From positions 28,063-92,062 of IMG/VR virus record IMGVR_UViG_3300028581_000024: DNA of 64,000 nucleotides; one strand, 5' to 3'. Made by a program: the position numbers and the translations under genes. The notes below the pieces were generated by a model. The model made no database searches. It had not been told where the DNA came from and saw nothing but the letters and a program-made list of their open reading frames with translations. This document shows, piece by piece, positions 48,736 to 57,079 of the stretch. Each line of letters opens with the position of its first letter. Within the stretch, counting starts at the first letter, position 1. The stretch comes from a virus.

Positions 48736-49385
48736 GTTCGATTAGATTGAGAGAACTCTACAAACTTATAAAACTCTGCTCGCGAATTATCATCATTATC
48801 TAGAAATGCACCAGACATTCTAGCAGTACGCATAGTTGAATCATGTCTAATGCCTCTGTTCGAACAACATGTATGAGCTGCCTCAATCATAACTGCAACA
48901 CCATTATTCTTTTCACAAACCTTATCAATATAGGCATGAATTTGCATTGTGAGGTTTTCTTGTACTTGTGGTCTGCGGGCAAACCAATCTACAATTCTAT
49001 TCAACTTGCTTAGTCCAATAACCTTACCACCCGTTGAAGGTATGTAAGCAACATGGGCATGACCGGTAAACGGTGCATGATGATGTGAACACAACGACGT
49101 TAGCTTAATATTATTCTGACATACCATACCATCATAATGGTCAACATTATCGAACGCAGTTACTTTGGGGGGATTACTATAACATCCCCAAGCAAAATCT
49201 TCAACAAACGCTTTCGCAACTCTATGCGGTGTATTAGAACTATTAGGATCATTTCTCCAATCGTATCCTAAAGCATCCATATAGGCTTCATAAGCTTTAG
49301 CAGCGTTTTCTATGATTTGCGCTGTCTCTTCTTTGGTATGTGGGTAGTTATGATTAGCAAAAGCAAACTTGTTCTTATTAGACAT
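48732..49385 (-). CDS. folE: GTP cyclohydrolase I
   Basis: TPHRVAK, SLCSHHHAPF, GLSKLNR, RPQVQENLT, HTCCSNRG; start MSNKNK at 49385. Confidence 0.95.
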   Translation of the reverse strand: MSNKNKFAFANHNYPHTKEETAQIIENAAKAYEAYMDALGYDWRNDPNSSNTPHRVAKAFVEDFAWGCYSNPPKVTAFDNVDHYDGMVCQNNIKLTSLCSHHHAPFTGHAHVAYIPSTGGKVIGLSKLNRIVDWFARRPQVQENLTMQIHAYIDKVCEKNNGVAVMIEAAHTCCSNRGIRHDSTMRTARMSGAFLDNDDNSRAEFYKFVEFSQSNRT

Positions 49386-49431
49386 ATAAGTTATTATAGT
49401 AATAAACTTCATTAATCAAGATAAATAATAT

Positions 49432-50754
49432 ATGCTTTTGAATAAACTTATTGAGAATACACTCAGAAACACTAAGCTCAAGAGAGTTAGAATAAAGGTA
49501 GATCCTTCCGAACTACCAGTTTTTGGATATGAGAATGTAGCTCACTTTGAGGGGTATGTATTGGAGGAATGCGGTACAACTGTAAGTGTATACATAGTAA
49601 ATGTCCCTCCAAATGTTAGCCCCATACAGCAAGTTGGTGCATCTCAAATAGAGCCTGTGGATGAGCCAACAATAAATCCATCCTTTCAGAACTTAAAGCG
49701 AAACCTCCTATCTGCACTTATAAAAGCCGGTCATGGTTCCGAAAGCCCTGTTTATAATCAAATTAAAGCAAGCAATAATCCAGAGTTTATTGAAACGTTC
49801 TTAAAGCAGGCAAGTATCGATCCTGAAGCACTTTTGAATGCCACATTTACAGAGGCAGCTACACTCTCTGCTTCAAATGCACAACCCACAGAAACACAAG
49901 GTGATGATTTAGATGAAATTTTTGGTCGTAAGCAAAGTAGGGCTAGAAGTATCCTTAAAAGTCTAGAAAATGGTGGCACTATATCCAAGGGCATAGGCAT
50001 GGTAGCTTCAGCAATTGACACTGCTTCTGAGCTGGCTCTAGGTAAGCGCAATATAGTTGCGCGTCTCTCCTCATTCTTAAAAACCTTAAACGTTCAAGAT
50101 CTTATAGATCTTAAGTCCTTGAAGCTACGTTCAAACGAATACTCACATATACCATATAAAGGTAATACTGTATACTTTACAGGTCTTCCTAAGTTGTCGT
50201 ACAATCAGGGACCTGTAAATTATCAGTTAAAAGGTAGTGTTGCTTCTGCTAATTATTCTGCAGAAGGTATCAAATATATTGTTTCAGACATTAACCCGAG
50301 CTATCCAAAGCTAGACAAAATAATGTTAGACTTTTCGGTGCTTGACAACCCACGTAAAACAGGTAAAGCTATCTTTATTATTGATGGGCAAAAGCGATAT
50401 AGTACCGCACAAATAACATTAACTGAGGATATCTGGTTTGTAAAAATACTCAAATATAATGTGGCAGATAAAACTCCGGAGAGTAGCAAAGGCTTAATAC
50501 ATGCTGTGCGTGCAAAGCGTCTCTTGAAGGATCTATTAGAAGGGTCATATCAAGAAGCTGAGAAGTTACCACAATTTAGTGATATTCTTATGGGATTTGC
50601 ACAAGATCTTAAGGGGTACGATAAATCAAAACTGGCTGATGTGATTGCTTTTTTCGAAGAATTGAAGAAAGAACCTGATTTTGCCGGAAAATCTGTTGCT
50701 GAAAAACTAAATAAATTGAAGGTTGTAATAAAAATAATAAAAGAGGAAATATAA
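49432..50754 (+). CDS. hypothetical late/virion protein
   Basis: GATAAATA 49420-49427; 440 aa. Confidence 0.55.
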   Translation: MLLNKLIENTLRNTKLKRVRIKVDPSELPVFGYENVAHFEGYVLEECGTTVSVYIVNVPPNVSPIQQVGASQIEPVDEPTINPSFQNLKRNLLSALIKAGHGSESPVYNQIKASNNPEFIETFLKQASIDPEALLNATFTEAATLSASNAQPTETQGDDLDEIFGRKQSRARSILKSLENGGTISKGIGMVASAIDTASELALGKRNIVARLSSFLKTLNVQDLIDLKSLKLRSNEYSHIPYKGNTVYFTGLPKLSYNQGPVNYQLKGSVASANYSAEGIKYIVSDINPSYPKLDKIMLDFSVLDNPRKTGKAIFIIDGQKRYSTAQITLTEDIWFVKILKYNVADKTPESSKGLIHAVRAKRLLKDLLEGSYQEAEKLPQFSDILMGFAQDLKGYDKSKLADVIAFFEELKKEPDFAGKSVAEKLNKLKVVIKIIKEEI

Positions 50755-51038
50755 TGCCATCAAAAACAGAAAAACAAAAAAGATTTTTTGGTGCCGTTAT
50801 GGGTGCTAAAGAGGGCAAAGCAAAAGTAACTGGGGCAGCAAAGAAAGCAGCTGCTAAGATGCCAGAAAAAAAGATTAAAGAGTTTCTCAAGAAAGAAAGT
50901 TTTGATGAAACTGTTAATAATTTCCTTGAGAAGTTTTTTAGAGAAGGAATGACAGTAGAGAGTCATTGTAAGTATGCTAAAGACGGTTGTGATTGCAGTG
51001 GTTGTGAAGAGTGTAAAGAAAATAAATTAAATCCTTAA
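50754..51038 (+). CDS. small basic protein with Cys-rich C-terminus
   Basis: MPSKTEKQKRFFGAV...; CKYAKDGCDCSGCEEC. Confidence 0.5.
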   Translation: MPSKTEKQKRFFGAVMGAKEGKAKVTGAAKKAAAKMPEKKIKEFLKKESFDETVNNFLEKFFREGMTVESHCKYAKDGCDCSGCEECKENKLNP

Positions 51039-51051
51039 TACAAAAAATTAG

Positions 51052-51079
51052 TTGAGAATCAGCTAATATACATTATAAT
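51052..51079 (+). promoter_or_regulatory. sigma70-like promoter of queD
   Basis: TTGAGA-N16-TATAAT, 6 nt to ATG. Confidence 0.75.
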
Positions 51080-51085
51080 GTAGGT

Positions 51086-51748
51086 ATGGAATATCAAAGT
51101 ACTAAAATTATTGAACTTGGGAGTTGTGCATTTCGTCAATGGAAGGCAGACAGTCACTGCAAGTTTATTCATGGCTACAGATTGGTTGCAAAGTTTTGGT
51201 TTGCATGTGACCGTCTGGATGATAGAAATTGGGTTGTGGATTTTGGTGGGCTCAAGGAGCTTAAGCAGGTTCTGGAGAAACAGTTCGACCATACATTTTG
51301 TGTATCGGCAGATGATCCTCAGCTTGAGTTATTCAAACAACTGGATATTGCAGGTGTTTGTGATTTGAGAGTCATGCAGCGGGGCGTGGGCATCGAGAGA
51401 ACAGCCGAATGGTGTTTTGATGTGGCCGATGGGCATGTGAGAGGCATTACAAGTAACAGATGCTGGGTGGAGAGAGTTGAGGTGTGGGAGCATGATAAGA
51501 ACTCTGCAATTGTTAGTTATGGTACCACACATATGAACACACCAGCTGCACCTAATGACAAACAGAAAGTTGTAGCTGAGCAGTATGAACTTAATTTTAC
51601 TTCTCAGACACAGCCTGTTGCTAATGTTGTAGCAGCACCATCACCTGAAATACAGAAAGCTGCAGATAAAGAACATGGTGCTGCTGTTGGCAATAAAGTA
51701 TCTTCTGGTTGGGGAAACCCATACAGCGGCACAAGCTGGGGTGCTTAA
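51086..51748 (+). CDS. queD: 6-carboxytetrahydropterin synthase QueD with C-terminal extension
   Basis: HCKFIHGY, WVVDFGGLK, FDH, EVWEHDKNSA. Confidence 0.9.
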   Translation: MEYQSTKIIELGSCAFRQWKADSHCKFIHGYRLVAKFWFACDRLDDRNWVVDFGGLKELKQVLEKQFDHTFCVSADDPQLELFKQLDIAGVCDLRVMQRGVGIERTAEWCFDVADGHVRGITSNRCWVERVEVWEHDKNSAIVSYGTTHMNTPAAPNDKQKVVAEQYELNFTSQTQPVANVVAAPSPEIQKAADKEHGAAVGNKVSSGWGNPYSGTSWGA

Positions 51749-52503
51749 TCCTTATTAGTTCTTATTTTTATTGTTGATATTACTTTAACAATAAACTTCA
51801 ATAGCTTGCTCCTGGTAATATCTTCTTCAGTAAGATGAAACGCGTTAATGCCATTTGCATGACTGTCCTCTGTATCAAAAGCATTCATCATTTTCTCAAA
51901 CCCAGATTTGCCAAAGATATCTGATTGCAGTGTGTCTCCAATGACAAACAATTTACAGTTTTTTCCAAAACGTGTTAATATGGTCACCAATTCACTGTGT
52001 TCTAAGTTTTGAGCCTCATCCACAATGACCACGCTATTTGTAAAGGTTGAACCTCTCAAGAAATTAACTGGAACACACTTCATGTAATTGCTATCAAATA
52101 GCATGTTAGTTACTTGTTTGCCAACAAGTTCATCACATTTTTCAACCAACGGAATGCTCCATGGTTTGAACTTTTCATCGACTTCACCTGGTAAACTGCC
52201 CAATTTTCTGGTAGCGGATTCCACAATACTTCTTATGTACACAATTTCGTCTATTTTCTTTTCTTTGAGCATTGTTAGTGCAACGAACACAGCACAATAG
52301 GTTTTTGATGAACCTGCAGGACCATCACAAAAAATGATTTGCGAAGTGTCATCCATGGCTCTGTCTACCAAAGCTTTGTGTCTCTCGTTGAAATGGAACT
52401 TTTGATCTATTTTAAAGTTGAGAAAGATGTCTGTTCTTATGATACCATCTTGATCTTTTGCAAGTCTATTGGCCTTCTTGAGTGCCCTGTCTTTTTTCGA
52501 CAT
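51745..52503 (-). CDS. phoH: PhoH-family ATPase
   Basis: GPAGSSKT, LGSLPG, FLRGSTF, DEAQN, GDTLQSD, DITRS. Confidence 0.93.
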   Translation of the reverse strand: MSKKDRALKKANRLAKDQDGIIRTDIFLNFKIDQKFHFNERHKALVDRAMDDTSQIIFCDGPAGSSKTYCAVFVALTMLKEKKIDEIVYIRSIVESATRKLGSLPGEVDEKFKPWSIPLVEKCDELVGKQVTNMLFDSNYMKCVPVNFLRGSTFTNSVVIVDEAQNLEHSELVTILTRFGKNCKLFVIGDTLQSDIFGKSGFEKMMNAFDTEDSHANGINAFHLTEEDITRSKLLKFIVKVISTIKIRTNKD

Positions 52504-52555
52504 CTGTAATATTTATGTCTTGATTTCAACTTAAGTTATATTATTATATATTGAT

Positions 52556-53302
52556 ATGCAAGATTCTACAATATTCTTAAGTGATGATAAGATTTTTTAT
52601 ACAATTGAGGGTGAAGGCGAGTTTGCAGGCATTCCATCTGTTTTCATGCGGCTTTCAATGTGCAATTTGACATGTCAGGGATTTAAATCAGCCGATGCTC
52701 CCTATGGATGTGATAGTTTTGTGAGTTGGTCTGTTAAAAACAAATATACAGTTAATGAGATTCTTGATTATTTGAAGGAAAAGGGGTATGACAAACGGTT
52801 AACTGGTGGTGCAATATGGAAGCTCACAGGGGGTGAGCCTCTCATTCAACAGAACAAACTTTTGGATTTAGTGGAAGCTTTTGTGGAACGTCATGGTGTT
52901 ACCCCCATCATTGATTTTGAGACTAACGCAACAATTATGCCACGTGAAGAGTGGGTTAATAAGTACAAAGCCACCTTCACAACTTCACCCAAGCTTGCCA
53001 ATAATGGTGATGCAGCAGATAAGAGATATAAGCCTGAGGTGTTGAATTGGCATGCAAGAAACGGGTCTGGGTTCAAATTTGTCATCAGCAAGCAAGAGGA
53101 TTTGGATGAAGTGTTTTCTAACTACATAGATGCTCCTGACATCAGAGTGCCCCGCAATAGAGTGTGGTTGATGCCATGTTGTGGTAGCCGTGCTGAGTTA
53201 ACTGAAAAAGCAGCCATGGTTGCTGAATTATGCAAGGAGCATATGTTTAATTTTAGCCCTCGATTACAGCTTGTTATTTGGGATAAAGCTCTAAAGGTAT
53301 AG
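52556..53302 (+). CDS. queE: 7-carboxy-7-deazaguanine synthase QueE (radical SAM)
   Basis: FYTIEGEG, FMRLSMCNLTC...CDS, TGGEP, ETN, SPK, KFV, LMP, SPRLQ. Confidence 0.92.
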   Translation: MQDSTIFLSDDKIFYTIEGEGEFAGIPSVFMRLSMCNLTCQGFKSADAPYGCDSFVSWSVKNKYTVNEILDYLKEKGYDKRLTGGAIWKLTGGEPLIQQNKLLDLVEAFVERHGVTPIIDFETNATIMPREEWVNKYKATFTTSPKLANNGDAADKRYKPEVLNWHARNGSGFKFVISKQEDLDEVFSNYIDAPDIRVPRNRVWLMPCCGSRAELTEKAAMVAELCKEHMFNFSPRLQLVIWDKALKV

Positions 53303-53335
53303 TTGATTAGTTTAACCTGAGATATAAACATACAC

Positions 53336-53533
53336 ATGAACGTAACAATTGATGTACAAATTACTGGTCAAAATGGTGGTGTTGAGTCTTACAGAGTCCT
53401 TCTCAATCAAGATGATCTGACGGGCATTATTAAGACAGAAGGTTTTGACGCTGGTAATAAAGCTCTAGAGGGGTTTGTTCAGAAATTCTTAACACAATTT
53501 CGTGAAAAGCTCTCGTCTGTTCTTAATCGCTAA
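53336..53533 (+). CDS. small hypothetical protein
   Basis: 65-aa ORF after queE. Confidence 0.45.
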   Translation: MNVTIDVQITGQNGGVESYRVLLNQDDLTGIIKTEGFDAGNKALEGFVQKFLTQFREKLSSVLNR

Positions 53534-53547
53534 TTGATAAATAATTA

Positions 53548-54420
53548 GTGCTTAATAATAGATTTGAGAATAAAATAAACCAACTACTACACGAGTTTTT
53601 AATAGCTGCACCTGTGGTCGTACCTGCTGCAGCTGCAGCCGCCCCCGCCATAAGTAGTATTATTACCGGGCTCTTAGCGCCGCTGATCACACTAGGTGGT
53701 GCACTTGCAATACATCATGGTATAACATCTAAGCAGTCTGCACCAACAGTACAACCACAGACTTCGCCGGATAGTGCACCGAGCAAGCAGAAGATGCTAC
53801 CCGGCACACTTGCTCCTACAGCAGAGCCAGAAAAAAAAGATATTAAAATGCTACCTGGCACAATTGCCCCCAGACCTGCATCAGATCAAAAGACTGTTGT
53901 ACCATCACCGCAAAGCCAGACGGCATCTACAACGGATGAAGGTGGTCAGTCTGTACCTGAGATATCTGCTGCTAAAACAAAGCAACCTACAACAACAGCT
54001 GTGACGCCACCCGTGCAAAATACAGTTGATGCAACAGCAACAGGCAGTCAAGTAAGTCCTAAATATGTGCCGCCAATACCCTCTTTTAAGGATTATTCTA
54101 AACAATATAAGAAGGGTAGTGTTGAGTATGGTCAACCAACAGATATTCCTCTTGGCGTAAATGCAGGACCAGGTGGTATATATTCTCAAGGCTATGGTCC
54201 AACTGCTTATACAGACACATCAAATACAGCTCCTATGGATGTAGTGAAACAGGTGTTCACCGGGCAAACACCGCAAGCGACACAGGGAGTACCACAGACC
54301 CCAGAGGATTTAGAAAATGCTCCGCAAGTAATAAAGAATAGATATCAAGACAGAATGACTCAAAAATCTAACAAAGAAACAAAAGCATTTGGCGGTGTAG
54401 CGAATCTTTTTAATCGTTGA
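53548..54420 (+). CDS. late protein with N-terminal hydrophobic helix and Pro/Thr/Gln-rich body
   Basis: GATAAATA 53536-53543; KMLPGT(L/I)AP duplicated. Confidence 0.5.
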   Translation: MLNNRFENKINQLLHEFLIAAPVVVPAAAAAAPAISSIITGLLAPLITLGGALAIHHGITSKQSAPTVQPQTSPDSAPSKQKMLPGTLAPTAEPEKKDIKMLPGTIAPRPASDQKTVVPSPQSQTASTTDEGGQSVPEISAAKTKQPTTTAVTPPVQNTVDATATGSQVSPKYVPPIPSFKDYSKQYKKGSVEYGQPTDIPLGVNAGPGGIYSQGYGPTAYTDTSNTAPMDVVKQVFTGQTPQATQGVPQTPEDLENAPQVIKNRYQDRMTQKSNKETKAFGGVANLFNR

Positions 54421-54449
54421 TAATTACTATAAATCCTATAAAATAAGGT

Positions 54450-55145
54450 ATGCGAATAGCTTTTAGTGGTGCTGCTTGTACAGGTAAAACAACTACTTTA
54501 AATACTTTTCTTCAGAAATGGACAGGGTACAAAACACCTCAAGAGACTTATAGATCTTTAATTTCGGAAAATAATCACAGCAAAAAAACAGATAAAAAAT
54601 TACAAAAAGCTATTCTTGAGTTTATGCTTAATCAGCAAAAACAGTATACCGCTCACGATAAAGTGGCGTTTGATAGATGTGGTTTAGATAATATAGTCTA
54701 TACGATTTGGGCACTTGATAAAGGTAAGAAAGGATTTACTGATGCATTTACTAATGAGTGTATCGAGTTAGTAAAGGAAAGCATGAGACATTTGGATATT
54801 ATTTTCTGGTGTTCAAGAGATTTAATGGGACCGGCAGAGAATAATAATGTAAGAGAGACTGATCCCACTTATATTTCTGAAACAGATAATATCTTTAGAG
54901 CGATTTATGGTCAATTACAAACAAGTGGGGTCTCACCATTTTTTCCACCTAACGATAGTCCAGCACTAATTGAATTGAAAGGTGGTTTGGATGAACGACT
55001 CAATCTTGTGTCAATGTATGTTAATGAAGATGGTAACATGTATGGTGAAGAGCAGAGTTTGGTGAATATGGATGAGATAGCCAAGATGGAAGCTTTATTA
55101 AGAGAGCAACAAGGATTGGCTTCCAAAGAAAAGGGTATTTTATAA
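54450..55145 (+). CDS. P-loop nucleotide kinase-like protein (NadR / dNMP-kinase-like)
   Basis: SGAACTGKTT, FDRCGLD. Confidence 0.7.
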   Translation: MRIAFSGAACTGKTTTLNTFLQKWTGYKTPQETYRSLISENNHSKKTDKKLQKAILEFMLNQQKQYTAHDKVAFDRCGLDNIVYTIWALDKGKKGFTDAFTNECIELVKESMRHLDIIFWCSRDLMGPAENNNVRETDPTYISETDNIFRAIYGQLQTSGVSPFFPPNDSPALIELKGGLDERLNLVSMYVNEDGNMYGEEQSLVNMDEIAKMEALLREQQGLASKEKGIL

Positions 55146-55155
55146 TAAATAATAG

Positions 55156-55371
55156 ATGCTATATGACAAAACATACAATCTATTAATGGAGAATTTTAGA
55201 TCCATCAAGACTGTTAGTCGATTGTTTTACCCAAGAAATTTCTCTTTGTCAGACGAATTCATTAAAGCATTCAACAAGGAATACAGCCGGTTGAAATCCA
55301 TGCAGATTGATGATAAAAGAATTCTGCACAAAATGACTCGTGCATTACCTTTTCACAAAGATAATAATTAA
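55156..55371 (+). CDS. small hypothetical late protein
   Basis: AATAAATA 55144-55151; starts MLYDKTYNLLME. Confidence 0.5.
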   Translation: MLYDKTYNLLMENFRSIKTVSRLFYPRNFSLSDEFIKAFNKEYSRLKSMQIDDKRILHKMTRALPFHKDNN

Positions 55372-56192
55372 TACTCAACCATAACCAAGCCGCTACCACC
55401 TGCTCCACCTCCACCGGATGCTCCGTTACCACCCCCGCCACCTGCACCAGTGCCAGTAGCACCGTTTGCACCTATCCCACCACTACCTAGACCACCACGA
55501 CCACCTCCCATACCTAAATAACCCTGGGCACCACTGCCACCACTTGACGATGCAGTACCGGCGCCCCCTACACCATTTTCCCCAGCTGAACCAACAGCAT
55601 TATAATCACCATTTGTACCTATAGTGCCGCCTGGCCCACCTGCAACTACATTACTGACTGATGCACTACCAGCTCCGCCGGCACTTCCACCTACGCCAGT
55701 AACAGTTGTCGAACCAAGCACAAAGGTAGAATTATTGCCGCTAGTATTTGAGCCGCCGCCTGCACCAACAGCATATGTAAATGAACCGGAAACATTAGTA
55801 AAGTACTTTATTGCTATACTTCCGGAACCACCACCACCACCTGCTGACCCTGCGGTACTGGTTGCAGCACCACCTCCACCCCCACCACCAACAACAGTTA
55901 CTTTTAAATTCTTAGCACCTGAAGGTATAGCTACCGTACCAGTGCCGCTACTATAAACCAATGCTGCAGTAAATCCAGACGGCTTGCTATCTAAATCTGC
56001 ACTTAAAGAAACGACTTGAGTGCTAACTGTAGCAAAAGCAGTATAAAAACTAACATTGTTAGGTCCGACAACAAAATTTCTAAAATCAATTATATTTGTA
56101 CCGTTTTCTGTCTCAGTTATAAGATAATCACCATTGACTATCTCCTCAACTTGATTTAGTTCTTTAATATTAACATTATTAAATGTTGGCAT
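55368..56192 (-). CDS. glycine-rich fibre/structural protein
   Basis: TATAAATA 56201-56208; VVGGGGGGG...GGAGGSGLVMVEY glycine-rich domain. Confidence 0.7.
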   Translation of the reverse strand: MPTFNNVNIKELNQVEEIVNGDYLITETENGTNIIDFRNFVVGPNNVSFYTAFATVSTQVVSLSADLDSKPSGFTAALVYSSGTGTVAIPSGAKNLKVTVVGGGGGGGAATSTAGSAGGGGGSGSIAIKYFTNVSGSFTYAVGAGGGSNTSGNNSTFVLGSTTVTGVGGSAGGAGSASVSNVVAGGPGGTIGTNGDYNAVGSAGENGVGGAGTASSSGGSGAQGYLGMGGGRGGLGSGGIGANGATGTGAGGGGGNGASGGGGAGGSGLVMVEY

Positions 56193-56255
56193 ATATCCTT
56201 TATTTATATGCTATAACGCAGTTGCAATACAAGTATTTTTATTTAAAATATTGTT

Positions 56256-57065
56256 GTGATAGGTGTAGGAATAATAACGTGTAATAGACCGCATTTCTTT
56301 GTAAAATGTTTTAGAGCAATACCTAAGAATGTAGAGTTAGTTGCAATAAATGATGGGGCTAACTTTGAAGATTGGACTAAACTATTGAATGAAAAACCGT
56401 TTCACTATATTCATAATGAGATTAACCTGGGTGTAGGTAAATCTAAGAACAAGGCGTTGAGATATCTCATTGAAAAGGGTTGTACAGATTTATTCTTAAT
56501 TGAAGATGATATAATAGTAAAGAATGAAGGTGTATTTGAAGAATACATCAGGGCAAAAGATATTACTGGTATTCAGCATTTTAATTTTGGTTATCACGGT
56601 CCAGCAAATAAAGACGGAGTATCTGGTGGTCCACCAAAGCCTCGTTATGTAATTGATTATGGGGAAATTAAGATAGCTTTTAACAGACATAGTGTAGGGG
56701 CATTTTGTTATTACAGTAGACAGGCTATTGAAAAGGTTGGCTATATTGATGAGGATTATACTAATGCTTTCGAACATGTAGATCACGATTACAGAGTTTT
56801 TAAGGCTGGTATGGGTGGCCCGTATTGGCATTTTCCAGATATTTCCAATAGTACAGAGTACCTCGATGAAATAGAATGCTCAGAAAAGAGTAGCGCGATT
56901 AGACCTAGAGATGATTGGAGAAAAAATATTGAGCAAGGCGTTACACTATTCAAACAAAAGCATGGCTATTTACCAGCATGGCAAGGTTGTGTACCTGATA
57001 TGGATGACAAAAAGGTAAAAAGGGTGTTGAAGGATATACAGCGATTTCACGCTAAAAGGGATTAA
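56256..57065 (+). CDS. GT2-family glycosyltransferase
   Basis: IITCNR, INDG, NLGVGKSKN, LIEDD, VGYIDE, EHVD. Confidence 0.85.
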   Translation: MIGVGIITCNRPHFFVKCFRAIPKNVELVAINDGANFEDWTKLLNEKPFHYIHNEINLGVGKSKNKALRYLIEKGCTDLFLIEDDIIVKNEGVFEEYIRAKDITGIQHFNFGYHGPANKDGVSGGPPKPRYVIDYGEIKIAFNRHSVGAFCYYSRQAIEKVGYIDEDYTNAFEHVDHDYRVFKAGMGGPYWHFPDISNSTEYLDEIECSEKSSAIRPRDDWRKNIEQGVTLFKQKHGYLPAWQGCVPDMDDKKVKRVLKDIQRFHAKRD

Positions 57066-57079
57066 TTATCTACAGTTTT

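Noticed and set aside
55400-55900. GC-rich CCA/CCG-repetitive tract as foreign DNA or a repeat element
   Set aside because: Fully explained by glycine codons of the minus-strand fibre gene.
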